NCBI GenBank assembly: GCA_964016885.1
Contig: OZ024756.1
Span: 17,546,001-17,610,000, forward strand
Source of the DNA: Eledone cirrhosa
Taxonomy: Eukaryota
DNA: 64,000 nt
Direction of reading: 5' to 3'
Positions 24,020 through 39,207 of the stretch are shown piece after piece (the stretch's first letter is position 1; every line of letters begins with the position of its first letter). The notes under the pieces are model-generated. The model saw only the letters and a list, made by a program, of their open reading frames with translations, was not told the DNA's origin and ran no database searches. A program made the position numbers and the translations under genes.

Positions 24020-25049
24020 TTAACCCTTTATCATTTACATTACTCTATATTTACTATTGTATTTTCACTGGTAAAGGCTTTACCTTATTATTATCTCACA
24101 TAATATTAAATCTATGAGATTTTGATATTATTTATTTTGAGAACAATACCTTAACCCTTTAGCATCCACATTACTCTATATATACTATTATATTTTCATG
24201 ATAAAGGCTTTACCTCACATAATTATCTCACATAATATCGAATCTATGAAATTTTGAAAGTATTTATTTTGAGAACAATACCTTAGTCAGTTTCAACAGA
24301 AAGAGGCAGAGAATTCTGCCCGGTTTTGGCCGGTTTGAACATTAACGGGTTAATATCAGTATGAGTACAGCCGGTTTAAATAGAAAGAGGTGAGAGAATT
24401 CTGGCCGGTTTTGGCCGGTTTGAACATTAAAGGGTTAATATCAGTATGAGTACAGCCGGTTTAAATAGAAAGAGGAGAGAGAATTCTGGCCGGTTTTGGC
24501 CGGTTTGAACATTAAAGGGTTAATATCAGTATGAGTACAGCCGGTTTAAATAGAAAGAGGAGAGAGAATTCTGGCCGGTTTTGGCCGGTTTGAACATTAA
24601 AGGGTTAATATCAGTATGAGTACAGCCGGTTTAAATAGAAAGAGGAGAGAGAATTCTGGCCGGTTTTGGCCGGTTTGAACATTAACGGGTTAATATCAGT
24701 ATGAGTACAGCCGGTTTAAATAGAAAGAGGAGAGAGAATTCTGGCCGGTTTTGGCCGGTTTGAACATTAACGGGTTAATATCAGTATGAGTACAGCCGGT
24801 TTAAATAGAAAGAGGTGAGAGAATTCTGGCCGGTTTTGGCCGGTTTGAACATTAACGGGTTAATATCAGTATAAGTGGCCAGTTACAGCTGGTTTGAACA
24901 AAAAGAAGTGAAAGAATTCTGGCCGGTTTTGGCCGGTTTGAACATTAACGGGTTAATATCAGTATAAGTGGCCAGTTACAGCTGGTTTGAACAAAAAGAA
25001 GTGAAAGAATTCTGGCTGGATACGGCTGGTTAAAATGCTATAGGGTTAA
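24020..25049 (+). mobile_element. piggyBac-like MITE, self-nested, with 85-bp tandem array of its right end
   Basis: TTAA|CCCTTT starts at 24020 and 24151; GGG|TTAA ends at 24347, 24432, 24517, 24602, 24687, 24772, 24857, about 24950 and 25043. Confidence 0.8.
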
Positions 25050-25321
25050 ATCCCGTTGAGGTCAACTTTACAGTCCTCCTTCTGAGATAAAAAAAATAAT
25101 AAAGTTTCAGTCAAGTACTGGTGTTTGCTACAATCAACTTTTCCATTTCCTCTAAATTTGCTGACCTTGTGCTTACATTAGAAATGAAAATCTTATCACA
25201 TACAATGTCAATGGATTGGCAGAATTGGTAGAGCATTGTGGTATTTGTTTTGCCTCTTTCCACTTCCCTTCTCTTTGCTCCACTCTTTCTCCATCTCCCC
25301 TCATTCCTTCGCTTTCCCCCT

Positions 25322-27066
25322 AAAACATTAGTTAGTACACACTGTAGTTAATAGTAACTCTACCCATTAGTTACTACACACTGTAGTTAATAGCAACTCT
25401 ACACATTAGTTAGTACACACTGCAGTTAATAGTAACTCTAAACATTAGTTAGTACACACTGCAGTTAATAGTAACTCTAAACATTAGTTAGTACACACTG
25501 CAGTTAATAGTAACTCTACACATTAGTTAGTACACACTGCAGTTAATAGTAACTCTAAACATTAGTTAGTACACACTGCAGTTAATAGTAACTCTACACA
25601 TTAGTTAGTACACACTGCAGTTAATAGTAACTCTAAACATTAGTTAGTACACACTGCAGTTAATAGTAACTCTAAACATTAGTTAGTATACACTGCAGTT
25701 AATAGTAACTCTAAACATTAGTTAGTACACACTGCAGTTAATAGTAACTCTACACATTAGTTAGTACACACTGCAGTTAATAGTAACTCTAAACATTAGT
25801 TAGTACACACTGCAGTTAATAGCAACTCTAAACATTAGTTAGTACACACTGTAGTTAATAGCAACTCTACACATTAGTTAGTACACACTGTAGTTAATAG
25901 TAACTCTAAACATTAGTTAGTACACACTGTAGTTAATAGTAACTCTACCCATTAGTTACTACACACTGTAGTTAATAGTAACTCTACATATTAGTTAGTA
26001 CACACTGTAGTTAATAGCAACTCTACACATTAGTTAGTACACACTGCAGTTAATAGTAACTCTACACATTAGTTAGTACACACTGTAGTTAATAGTAACT
26101 CTACACATTAGTTAGTACACACTGTAGTTAATAGTAACTCTACATATTAGTTAGTACACACTGTAGTTAATAGCAACTCTACACATTAGTTAGTACACAC
26201 TGCAGTTAATAGTAACTCTACACATTAGTTAGTACACACTGTAGTTAATAGCAACTCTACACATTAGTTAGTACACACTGCAGTTAATAGTAACTCTACA
26301 CATTAGTTAGTACACACTGTAGTTAATAGTAACTCTACACATTAGTTAGTACACACTGTAGTTAATAGTAACTCTACACATTAGTTAGTACACACTGTAG
26401 TTAATAGTAACTCTACACATTAGTTAGTACACACTGTAGTTAATAGTAACTCTACATATTAGTTAGTACACACTGTAGTTAATAGTAACTCTACACATTA
26501 GTTACTACACACTGTAGTTAATAGCAACTCTACACATTAGTTAGTACACACTGCAGTTAATAGTAACTCTACACATTAGTTACTACACACTGTAGTTAAT
26601 AGTAACTCTACATATTAGTTAGTACACACTGCAGTTAATAGTAACTCTACACATTAGTTAGTACACACTGTAGTTAATAGTAACTCTACCCATTAGTTAC
26701 TACACACTGTAGTTAATAGCAACTCTACATATTAGTTAGTACACACTGTAGTTAATAGTAACTCTACACATTAGTTAATACACACTGTAGTTAATAGCAA
26801 CTCTACATATTAGTTAGTACACACTGTAGTTAATAGTAACTCTACACATTAGTTAGTACACACTGTAGTTAATAGCAACTCTACATAGTAGTTAGTACAC
26901 ACTGTAGTTAATAGTAACTCTACACATTAGTTACTACACACTGTAGTTAATAGTAACTCTACACATTAGTTAGTACACACTGTAGTTAATAACAACTCTA
27001 CACATTAGTTAGTACACACTGTAGTTAATAGCAACTCTACATAGTAGTTAGTACACACTGTACACA
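25322..27066. repeat. 39-bp minisatellite, about 44 copies
   Basis: acattagttagtacacactgtagttaatagtaactctac. Confidence 0.97.
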
Positions 27067-27531
27067 GAATTTATTACTTTCCTAGGTGATATTTTATAGA
27101 AAATAAAATATAATAAAATAAAAATAAAATCAAATAAAAAGGAAATAAATCCAAATATAAATATATCTTGTTCAGACAAACTTAAAAATAAATATGAAAA
27201 TATATTAAAGTTAGGAAGCTTGGTTTTACTACTCTTGGCTATTTATAATGGCAAGAAGAATAGCTTGTCAAAAATAATTTGAATTGAAATTCAATTTCAT
27301 TTATTTAATGAACGATTTTAGTGGTTAGGATACATTTTATTCCAATCAAGCAGTTACCCTATAATTAAACATTTTCTGTTTCTAATTAATCATGCTAAGC
27401 CATAATTGAAATCGTGATTGCCTGTTAATTTTAAAACTGGTAAACATTCTACCAAGGAAAGATCTGTTAGTCGTCGAGTTTACAGGTTAACCAAATGGGA
27501 GTTCACTAGTTCGTGATTGGTGTGATATCAC

Positions 27532-27637
27532 CAGAAATAGGTTCTGTCCATGACCAACACACTGGAAATAGGTTCTGTCCATGACCAACACACTGGAAAT
27601 AGGTTCTGTCCATGACCAACACACAGGAAAGAGGTTC
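27532..27637. repeat. About 33-bp tandem repeat, 3 copies
   Basis: gaaataggttctgtccatgaccaacacactg; related copies near 30050-30095. Confidence 0.85.
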
Positions 27638-27853
27638 CGTCAGAGGTGTAACAAGGGAAAATAGTGCCTATGACAAACATTGAAATTGCGCCCCTGCCCA
27701 TGCAGCAAGCTATATAGTAGTTGTTAGACAATGGGATTGACAGTGCAGTTTAAATAAATGAGGGTTTAGGGTATTAAACTGCATTTTCATTTGTTCTACA
27801 GGTCTCCTTTACACCAAAGTATATATAAAGTATTGACAAAAGTGTTAGTGTAT

Positions 27854-29742
27854 TTAAAGGGAGTGATCTGTGTAATACTGATCTGTGACAAATATTAAAG
27901 GGAGTGATCTGTGTAATACTGATCTGTGACAAATATTAAAGGGAGTGATCTGTGTAATACTGATCTGTGACAAATATTAAAGGGAGAGATCTGTGTAATA
28001 CTGATCTGTGACAAATATTAAAGGGAGAGATCTGTGTAATACTGATCTGTGACAAATATTAAAGGGAGTGATCTGTGTAATACTGATCTGTGACAAATAT
28101 TAAAGGGTGAGATTTGTGTAATACTGATCTGTGACAAATATTAAAGGGAGTGATCTGTGTAATACTGATCTGTGACAAATATTAAAGGGAGTGATCTGTG
28201 TAATACTGATCTGTGACAAATATTAAAGGGTGAGATTTGTGTAATACTGATCTGTGACAAATATTAAAGGGAGTGATCTGTGTAATACTGATCTGTGACA
28301 AATATTAAAGGGTGAGATTTGTGTAATACTGATCTGTGACAAATATTAAAGGGAGTGATCTGTGTAATACTGATCTGTGACAAATATTAAAGGGAGTGAT
28401 CTGTGTAATACTGATCTGTGACAAATATTAAAGGGAGTGATCTGTGTAATACTGATCTGTGACAAATATTAAAGGGAGTGATCTGTGTAATACTGATCTG
28501 TGACAAATATTAAAGGGAGTGATCTGTGTAATACTGATCTGTGACAAATATTAAAGGGAGTGATCTGTGTAATACTGATCTGTGACAAATATTAAAGGGT
28601 GAGATTTGTGTAATACTGATCTGTGACAAATATTAAAGGGAGTGATCTGTGTAATACTGATCTGTGACAAATATTAAAGGGAGAGATTTGTGTAATACTG
28701 ATCTGTGACAAATATTAAAGGGAGTGATCTGTGTAATACTGATCTGTGACAAATATTAAAGGGTGAGATTTGTGTAATACTGATCTGTGACAAATATTAA
28801 AGGGAGTGATCTGTGTAATACTGATCTGTGACAAATATTAAAGGGAGTGATCTGTGTAATACTGATCTGTGACAAATATTAAAGGGAGTGATCTGTGTAA
28901 TACTGATCTGTGACAAATATTAAAGGGAGTGATCTGTGTAATACTGATCTGTGACAAATATTAAAGGGAGTGATCTGTGTAATACTGATCTGTGACAAAT
29001 ATTAAAGGGAGTGATCTGTGTAATACTGATCTGTGACAAATATTAAAGGGTGAGATTTGTGTAATACTGATCTGTGACAAATATTAAAGGGAGTGATCTG
29101 TGTAATACTGATCTGTGACAAATATTAAAGGGTGAGATTTGTGTAATACTGATCTGTGACAAATATTAAAGGGAGTGATCTGTGTAATACTGATCTGTGA
29201 CAAATATTAAAGGGAGTGATCTGTGTAATACTGATCTGTGACAAATATTAAAGGGAGTGATCTGTGTAATACTGATCTATGACAAATATTAAAGGGAGTG
29301 ATCTGTGTAATACTGATCTGTGACAAATATTAAAGGGAGTGATCTGTGTAATACTGATCTGTGACAAATATTAAAGGGAGTGATCTGTGTAATACTGATC
29401 TGTGACAAATATTAAAGGGAGTGATCTGTGTAATACTGATCTGTGACAAATATTAAAGGGAGTGATCTGTGTAATACTGATCTGTGACAAATATTAAAGG
29501 GAGAGATCTGTGTAATACTGATATGTGACAAATATTAAAGGGAGTGATCTGTGTAATACTGATCTGTGACAAATATTAAAGGGAGAGATCTGTGTAATAC
29601 TGATGTGACAAATATTAAAGGGAGAGATCTGTGTAATACTGATCTGTGACAAATATTAAAGGGAGAGATCTGTGTAATACTGATCTGTGACAAATATTAA
29701 AGGGAGAGATCTGTGTACTGCTGATCTCTGACAAATATTAAA
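27854..29742. repeat. 41-bp minisatellite, about 46 copies
   Basis: attaaagggagtgatctgtgtaatactgatctgtgacaaat. Confidence 0.97.
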
Positions 29743-30204
29743 ACCCTATTAAAATATTTGACAAGTCATACTATGAGGTGTGCCTCTGTGATCATGTAGT
29801 TCCCAGCACTGTATTTTTACCTATGGAGGCCTAATAATCTATATAAATGGTTTAATGATCCAGCCTCTATAGTGTTTCTCACCCATGATAATCAAAGACA
29901 GATCAATACATCTGAAGAAGTTTCTTTTTTCACTCTCTGGCGATAGCTTATCTGACTTTAATAGAAAGTACTCCTAGTCCAGTAGCACCCCCTTTCAAGT
30001 GGTACCCATGGCAGGTGCCATGCTTTCCATACCCTAAACATGCCTCAGGGTTCTGGCCATGACCAACACATTGGAAATAAGTTCTCTCCATGATAACTAC
30101 ACCTAATTCTCAGCTACCCCTATGTCCACCCCAGCTGCGTATTTGAGAAGAGGAAACAAACAGTTATCAGTGTGTTAAGGGTACTTCATTTACCCCCCCC
30201 CCCC

Positions 30205-31375
30205 CCACACACACCATAAGGATGAAATGCTAACGTCACCCCGGTGGTGTTTCAACTCAGAACATAATGGGCTTTAACCAAACACCACAAGGTAGCTTTG
30301 TCCAATGCTCTATCCACTCTGCCAATCCACCCCACCCCCAAAATAATAATAATTGTTTCTACTTTTGGCACAAGGCCAGCAATTATATCCCAGTGTATTA
30401 CTGGTACTTTATTTTATCGACCCCCGTAAGGATGAAAGGCAAAGTTAACCTCGGCGGGATTTGAACTCAGATCATAAAGGGACGTAACTCTATGCTTCAA
30501 AGCATGGTGTCCAACTCTCTACCAATACTGCCAATCCACCGCCCTTGCCAAATAATAATGTTTTCTGATTTAGGCACGAGGCCAAACATTTTGGGGAAGG
30601 GAAAATCGATTAAATCAACCCAGCGCATTACTGGTACTTTATTTTATGGAACTCTGTAAGGATGAAAGGCAAAGCTACCTCGGCAGAAGAATGTAAAAGG
30701 CCGTAACTCTATGCCGCAAATCATGCTGCCCGATGCTCTACCAATTCTGCTAACAGCAAAATAAATGGACTTGAAGATTGGAATTATACGAATGTAGTAA
30801 ATACCACCTAACAACAAGACAAGATAATTCTAGTTGTCATAGGAAAGTATTATCTGTCTGAGGTCTGTGTTGTGACTTGACAGATCACTAAATAATCCCG
30901 GTGCAGTTTCCGTCTACACTGAGTGACAAAAGGGATAATAATTGTTTCTACTTTAGGCACAAGGCCAGCAATATTTGAAGAGCAGAAAGTCGATTAAATC
31001 GACACCAGTGCATAACTGGTACTTTATTTTATCGACCCCGTAAGGATGAAAGGCAAAGCTAACCTCGCTAGGATTTTAACTCAGAATGCAAAAGGCCATA
31101 CATAACTCTATGCTGCAAAGCATGGCGTCTGACACTCTACCGATTCTGCCAATCCACCGTCCTTGATGATTTCTACTATAGGCACAAGGCCAGCAATTTT
31201 GGGAGAGAGGAAAGTCGATTAAATTGACCCCAGTGCGTAACTGATAGTTTATTTTATCGACCCCGTAAGGATGAAAGGCAAAGCTAACTTCGTCCGAATT
31301 TGAACTCAGAACGTAAAGGGCCATAACCCTATACTACAAAGCAGAGTGTCCGACGCTCTACCGATTCTGCCAATA
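30205..31375 (-). mobile_element. Cluster of five same-orientation SINE family A copies
   Basis: Repeated aaggatgaaaggcaaag..gatttgaactcag motif. Confidence 0.85.
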
Positions 31376-31557
31376 ATGGCCAAAAGAGCCGGAGATGTGG
31401 ACAATACAAAGAGGAACAGCAAAATCAGATTTCCTGTGTTGCCGCTTACCTCCTCAGTAAAAATACCTTAATGATACAAACATGAGATAAACAATTCTGA
31501 TAAAGCAGTAACAAATATATAAACTTTCGGCCATCTTCCTTCATATTCCTACCTTTA

Positions 31558-32034
31558 CCTCACCTTTCTTTTCACTCGTTCCTTCATCTCACCTTTCTTT
31601 TCACTCGTTCCTTCATCTCACCTTTCTTTTCACTCGTTCCTTCATCTCACCTTTCTTTTCACTCGTTCCTTCATCTCACCTTTCTTTTCACTCGTTCCTT
31701 CATCTCACCTTTCTTTTCACTCGTTCCTTCATCTCACCTTTCTTCTCACTCGTTCCTTCATCTCACCTTCCTTCTCACTCGTTCCTTCATCTCACCTTTC
31801 TTTTCACTCGTTCCTTCATCTCACCTTTCTTTTCACTCGTTCCTTCATCTCACCTTTCTTTTCACTCGTTCCTTCATCTCACCTTTCTTTTCACTCGTTC
31901 CTTCATCTCACCTTTCTTCTCACTCGTTCCTTCATCTCACCTTTCTTTTCACTCGTTCCTTCATCTCACCTTTCTTTTCACTCGTTCCTTCATCTCACCT
32001 TTCTTTTCACTCGTTCCTTCATCTCACCTTTCTT
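31558..32034. repeat. 29-bp pyrimidine-rich minisatellite, about 16 copies
   Basis: ctcacctttcttttcactcgttccttcat. Confidence 0.97.
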
Positions 32035-32142
32035 GTCTTTTAACACTGTTTTATATTATAGCTTCTTACCTACGTCTAAGGTCGAGGAGATATTCTTTAA
32101 TCATTTACAAGTACGAATATTAAATCTCTCTCTCTCTCTCCT

Positions 32143-33267
<1,125 letters not shown>

Positions 33268-33509
33268 AATTTTAGTACAGCATTAACGAAGCCTTAGTTT
33301 GCGACCAAGCTAACGAACGCAGAATCGGTCTGTAGCTTTAGCACTCGATAGGGAATAGTACCCCAGAGTAATAACAATACCTTTAGACAGCTTAGCAAAT
33401 CAAACATAGCGATCGGCAGTCCAGCCGCATTACCACAGCAACGAGAATGGTTGGACTCAGGAATATATATATATATGTTTGTGTGTACGCGAGCGAGAGA
33501 GAGAGATAG

Positions 33510-33578
<69 letters not shown>

Positions 33579-33757
33579 AAGTGTGTGAATCCACAAATGT
33601 TCATCGTTATACGTATTTATGTATGCATTACAACATTACAATAGTCGGCACCTTTGTGTTCAGTATTCAGTTTCCATTTGTATTCATAAATATTAATTCT
33701 GTCGTCTTGCTGAGGCCAACACATCGACGGATCTGGTTCAATGTTGTTATTTCCTTT

Positions 33758-34140
33758 GGATTGGCAGAATCGGTAGAGCGCCAGACACCATGCTTTGCAG
33801 CATAGAGTTATGGCCATTTACGTTCTGAGTGCAAATCCGCCGAGGTTAGCTTTGCCTTTCATCCTTACGGGGTCGATAATATAAAGTACCAGTAATGCAC
33901 CGGGGAAATTGCCGGTCTTGTGCCAAAAGTAGAAACTGTTATTTCCTTTACTTAAAGTCCCCAATAGACCATTGAAAAGTTGTCCTTCAGTGGCCAACTG
34001 GCAGAGTCGGAAGAACGTCAGATAGGTTTTACGCTATTCGTTCCAGCTCTATGATCTCTGAGTTCCAATCTCGCCGAGGTCAATTTTGCCTTTCATCCAT
34101 TCAAGATCGATAAAAAAAGTACCAATCTAGTACTGTGGTC
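33758..34140 (+). mobile_element. Two SINE family A copies
   Basis: A/B boxes and central domain. Confidence 0.8.
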
Positions 34141-34854
34141 GTATCTCTCTCTATATCTCTTTCTCACTTCCTTTCTCTCACCCTCTCTCTATCCTTCTCT
34201 GTAAGAAATATGCTATAAACAGATCTGGAGAGGAGATTAGCTCTGCCAGGTTTTAAACAGATGTCCTAAAAATGACGTATCTCAATACGGCGCCCCCACC
34301 ACTCCTTCAGAAGTCCATACATACATACAAAGCTGTCTTTGTGTTAATGTCAGATCTACTGAATGTCATACGTAAAAGTTTAATGGATTCGTAATGTCAT
34401 AGGTTTGATTACCAGTAAGCGCGTTGTGTCCTTGAGCAAGATAATTTATTTCACGTTGCTCTAGCCCACTCTGCTGGCAAGAAAAAATATAAGTTGTACC
34501 AGTTATTCAAAGAGCCGGTCAGCCTTGTCTTACACTGAATCTTCCTGAAATCTTCTTCTTCTTGAGTCTTCCCTCTTACGAAGATGAAGCATTCATTTTG
34601 TTTTTACTAATGGCTAGAATATATTCAGCTCACCACACCTGCATACTTACAGATTTCTCCACAAACTGGAGCAATTGTGCCAACCCATTGTTGAATTAAT
34701 AGTCAATCATCTGTGAAGTCACTGGTGTTTATGACACCGAGGTCATCTAATTAAACTGATGGTCATCACATGAACTACTGTTTACTATGAGACAGACTGG
34801 ATTTTTATCGAGGTTTACTTCTCCTTTAGATCCGACCTGTTCTTCTAGACTACC

Positions 34855-35183
34855 CTATGATAGCTATATCAGAGCCACCTCGTGTAGGATGTGTCTTTTC
34901 ATCACGTAGGTCAGTCATCGAACTGAGACAGGCTAGGTGGTCAGCTTCAATGAGCATATATGGCGTATGATAACATATCAGAGCCACCTCGTGTAGGATG
35001 TGTCTTTCCACCACGTAGGTCAGTCATCGAACTGAGACAGGCTAGGTGGTCAGCTTCAATGAGCATATATGGCGTATGATAACATATCAGAGCCACCTCG
35101 TGTAGGATGTGTCTTTCCACCACGTAGGTCAGTCATCGAACTGAGACAGGCTAGGTGGTCAGCTTCAATGAGCATATATGGCA
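34855..35183. repeat. 110-bp tandem repeat, 3 copies
   Basis: tatcagagccacctcgtgtaggatg... repeats at 110-bp spacing. Confidence 0.92.
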
Positions 35184-35486
35184 CGCCATCAGCTCGCTGA
35201 GTGGCACGGGGAACAGACACTGGGACACATGGGTGACGCCACACAGTGCCAATCAGTGAAAACTACGTTAAGGATACACGTGCCTGTGGTATGCATGCAC
35301 AAGCTGCTTGCACATTAATTTCATGGATAGGCCGTTCCGTTGATCACACAACTGAAACATTCATCGTCGAAATCGACGGAGATCCATCCGTATTACCACG
35401 TCATTGATCTTAGCTTTAATCAATGATCAATCATCTTCCATTCACTTTATCTCACTCAATCAGTCATGTCACTTCTTTAGTAAGTA

Positions 35487-35702
35487 ATTGTTTCTACTTT
35501 TGGCACAAGGCCAGCAATTTAAAGGGGAGGGGAAAGTCGATTAAATCAACTCCAGTGCATTACTGGTTCTATATTTTATCGACCCCGTAAGGATGAAAGG
35601 CAAAGCTAACCTCGGCGGGAATTGAACTCAGAACAGGACGTAAAGGGCCGTAACTCTCTGTCGCGAAGCGGTGATCAACACTCTACCAATTCTACCAATC
35701 CA
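35487..35702 (-). mobile_element. SINE family A
   Basis: Similarity to other copies. Confidence 0.82.
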
Positions 35703-36276
35703 CGTTTACAACGTTTATTTAATTTATTTCTGTTTATAATATATATTTTTTTTTTGACAAAAAATTATTTATTTCTATTTATGTATTTGTTTAAAAAATC
35801 TTATTTGTTCCGAATTTCATTTTATTTTATTTCTATATTTGGGGAGGGTCGTGTTGTCATAATATCTCAAAAAAAAAAAAAAAAAAGTAAAAAAACTCTG
35901 TTTAGTTTAGTTTTAGCTACTGTATATGTTTTCGCTTCATTTTATATTTTTATATTTTTAGAAATAATTTATTTTATTTTATTTTATTTTAATTTTGCTT
36001 CTTTTCTAATTTTGACAAAATCTTATTTAACGACAGAGTGGTAAAAATGAAAATAAAATTTCGTTGGTAATATCGTGACGAATTTGTTCCTTCCAAAAAT
36101 AATACCAAATATAGAACATTTTTTTTCTTTTGGTTTCTTTCTTTTGAGCAATCGCAGACACTGACAATCAGTGTTTATTTCTAAAGTCAGTCTCTCTCTC
36201 TCTTTATCTCTCTGTGTTTGTATGTATGTACGTATATATATACATGTATATATATATATAGTGTGTGTGTGTATAC

Positions 36277-36630
36277 ATAATAAATGGGAACAAAAAATCA
36301 GTATTACATCATATACATATTTAATTACATATTACACATGTTTCACTGTCGATCAGCTCGAGGAACGATCGAATAATGTTAGATCCTGACTCCGGAATGG
36401 GGAGCTCCTCAGATATATGTTCTCACATGTAGACGCACATCTACATTTTTTTTAAAATTTTTTTTACGTGCGTCCACATGTGAGAACATATATCTGAGGA
36501 GCTCCCGATTCCAGATTCAGGATTGAACATTATTCGATCATTCCTCGAGCTGATCGACAGTGAAACATGTGTAATATGTAATTAAATATGTATATGATGT
36601 AATACTGATTTTTTTGTTCCCATTTATTAT
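36277..36630. repeat. Inverted repeat, about 163-bp arms, each with a hammerhead
   Basis: Arms 36277-36440 and 36466-36630. Confidence 0.92.
36488..36579 (+). ncRNA. Hammerhead ribozyme with enlarged stem II (mirror copy 36327-36418, minus strand)
   Basis: atatat CTGAGGA gct..(about 55 nt)..agt GAAA catgtg TA atatgt. Confidence 0.7.
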
Positions 36631-36687
36631 TATTGATACTCTGCTCCCCAAGAGCATCGAGTGTTCATCTTGGCATACCGCCTACTA

Positions 36688-36756
<69 letters not shown>

Positions 36757-36816
36757 CTCTATTACGTATTACAACCGACAGGCTAAGGCCATGCTGGGTC
36801 ACCGCCATTAAAAGAA

Positions 36817-36936
36817 TGCTTATAGCACCTTAGTTTTTCAAGCGGTCACCCATCTAAGTACTAACTAGGCTCGACATTGCTTAACTTCGGTGATCGGACG
36901 AGAACCGGTGTTTTCAGCGTGATATAGCCATATGGC
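36817..36936 (-). pseudogene. 5S rRNA-derived sequence (full length, mutated)
   Basis: Reverse complement contains CACGCTGAAAACACCGGTTCTCGTCCGATCACCGAAGTTAAGC..TTAGTACTTAGATGGGTGACCGC; substitutions disrupt terminal helices. Confidence 0.92.
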
Positions 36937-37388
36937 TGACTAAAGACACCCGGCTTTCCTCCCGTAAAAAAGTTTTATCCACTTCTTCCCCTTCTTCTTT
37001 TCGTCTATCTTTCTATTATTTCTTCTATGTCTCATTCCTTTTTCTGATGAACGACTTACGCCCGAGACGTTAAGACACTTTTCCTATTATAGCAAGCGCT
37101 AAACAAATACACATCATCATTGTACTGTATCACTCTCCTGTGTTGTTTTCGTAATCTGTCAGGAGTTACAATAAGAAAATTCAGAAAAGGCCGCATAGTT
37201 TATAACACTCTCTTTGAAAAAGATAACTGGGTACGCAAAACTTCAGTTACCTTGGTGCAAAACTCTGATCTATAACATACATACCACACATACATACCAT
37301 AATCCTTTCGCTTGACGAGAGAGGCCAGTTTTATAACAGCACCGCCACTATAATACATTATAATATAACGGGAGGAAACATAATAGCA

Positions 37389-37428
37389 CCACTGACGATG
37401 TCACAGGTGTGTGATGAAAGAACTTTGA
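37389..37428 (+). ncRNA. Decayed hammerhead, family Q
   Basis: ca CTGACGA t gtcaca-ggtg-tgtgat GAAA gaac TT tg; homologous to 18361-18403. Confidence 0.6.
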
Positions 37429-37726
37429 TAGACTACATATATATCTATTTATATCTATATTTTTAACTGTTGGCCAGTCAATGATAAACATTGATTGCCA
37501 GCTAAATTAACTATAGGGATATAAAATAAACAGAAGCGAAAACTAATCCAAACCAAACAGTGAGTGTGTTCTGTTATTATTTCTGGCAATATTATTACCC
37601 TCCCCAAGTATAACAATATTTGTTTCAAAACACGATTTCATATAAAAAAACCTTGCAAAACAAATTCATCGTCGTTCCACACACACACACATATATATGT
37701 GTGTGTGTGTATGTATATATATATGT

Positions 37727-37781
<55 letters not shown>

Positions 37782-38850
37782 TACACACACACACACATAT
37801 ATATACATACATACAATCGCGGTTTTACGTATATATTAAAATAATCTCAATATCTCTAATAAGTTTTAATGAAAATTGTAATGTTTATAAAAATCAATTT
37901 TCTACAGAGAACATAAAGGTTATTTCGTGTTTAATAAATTATATAATAATTTTGAAAAATATTAATTGGAGTTGTGGCATATTAATGGCGGCACGGAGTC
38001 GACCTTTGTAAATAACAGTGGAACCAGTAGTTGAACAACAAGAACTAGCAACGGGTGTTATATAGATTTCTAACTAAGGCACAAGGCCAGCAATATTATA
38101 CGGAGGAGGTGGAGGCTGGGATTGAAAGTTGGTTCCATCAAGCTCCCATTCTCGACCCCGGACGGATTAAAGACAAAGTTAACTTCAATGCGATTTGAAC
38201 TCAGAATGTAAAGAGCCAGTATTTTCTAGCATGTCTATTCTAGCATTATCTATAAAAGGCAGATTGTTGTTGTTGTTGTTGAAGTGAGTGTGTGTTTGTA
38301 TGCGTTTGGAAAAGAGGTTTTAGAAAAGATTTATCGCTTGTTGTGGAATAAATGTATCTGTTGCTTTTGAATAATTGTCGTTTCGTATGAAATGTAATAA
38401 TTGTTTCTACTTTTTTGGCACAAGGCCAGCAATTACCCAGTACATTACTGGTACTTTATGTAATAATAAACGTTCTCTATCTCTCTCCCTCTCTTCTCTC
38501 TCTCTTCGGCAATCACGCACGTTGTCAGATGATATGAGAGAGTAAAACGGACAGTATCACCATCAAGCTTGGAAAGAGAAAGTAGCAGAAAGTATGAAGT
38601 TGTATAGATTTTGAATGGTAGTGGAAAGAGTTTAGCAGTTTAAATGACAGAGGAAAATCGTAAAATATTGAGTTTTATCTATTTTTTTGCGTAATTGTGG
38701 GTGAAATTGAAAAAATTATCTGTGCCAAGACGCAATCGATGCTATTTCGAATACTGAATTGTAAATTTCAATTGAAGAAATTCTATATCGTAGATTTCTA
38801 TAAGAAAGGAGCATGACCACACACTGAGCTTTATAGATTATGATATATAT

Positions 38851-38985
38851 AGGAAAAAGTATGGTCCCGACGGCTTGAGCTCTGCCGTCGGGGTCATAGT
38901 TTTTCCTATTTCCCACTCTACTACCCTAAGTATTGAGTACTCTGGTGCGTTATGGTCCATCTGGTTCCTTACCACAATTCCTTTG

Positions 38986-38988
<3 letters not shown>
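38851..38988 (+). mobile_element. Family P element with palindrome 38851-38907
   Basis: aggaaaaagtatggtcccgacggc..gccgtcggggtcatagtttttcct plus common tail. Confidence 0.7.
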
Positions 38989-39022
<34 letters not shown>

Positions 39023-39207
39023 GAAATTCAAATACATATTTGTATAGAGCTATGTTCGAGACTAAATCCTAATTCTCTTCTATTATAAGTCGAGTCAACT
39101 TATACAGCTTCATATGCAAATGAGATTAATCACCTCCTTTACACAGACGAAAAAACTATATATTCTCGCCTGCTTTCAAAGCCCACCAGTTGCAAGAGCG
39201 TGAGGGA

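Noticed and set aside
25322-29742. 39- and 41-bp arrays as CRISPR-like
   Set aside because: Head-to-tail units with no unique spacers; eukaryotic context
36817-36936. Functional 5S rRNA gene
   Set aside because: Solitary copy, helix-breaking substitutions, retro-tail attached
37029-37076. CTGATGA..GAGA-cgttaa hammerhead-like motif
   Set aside because: GAAA mutated and stems not contiguous; probably a relic but unsupported alone
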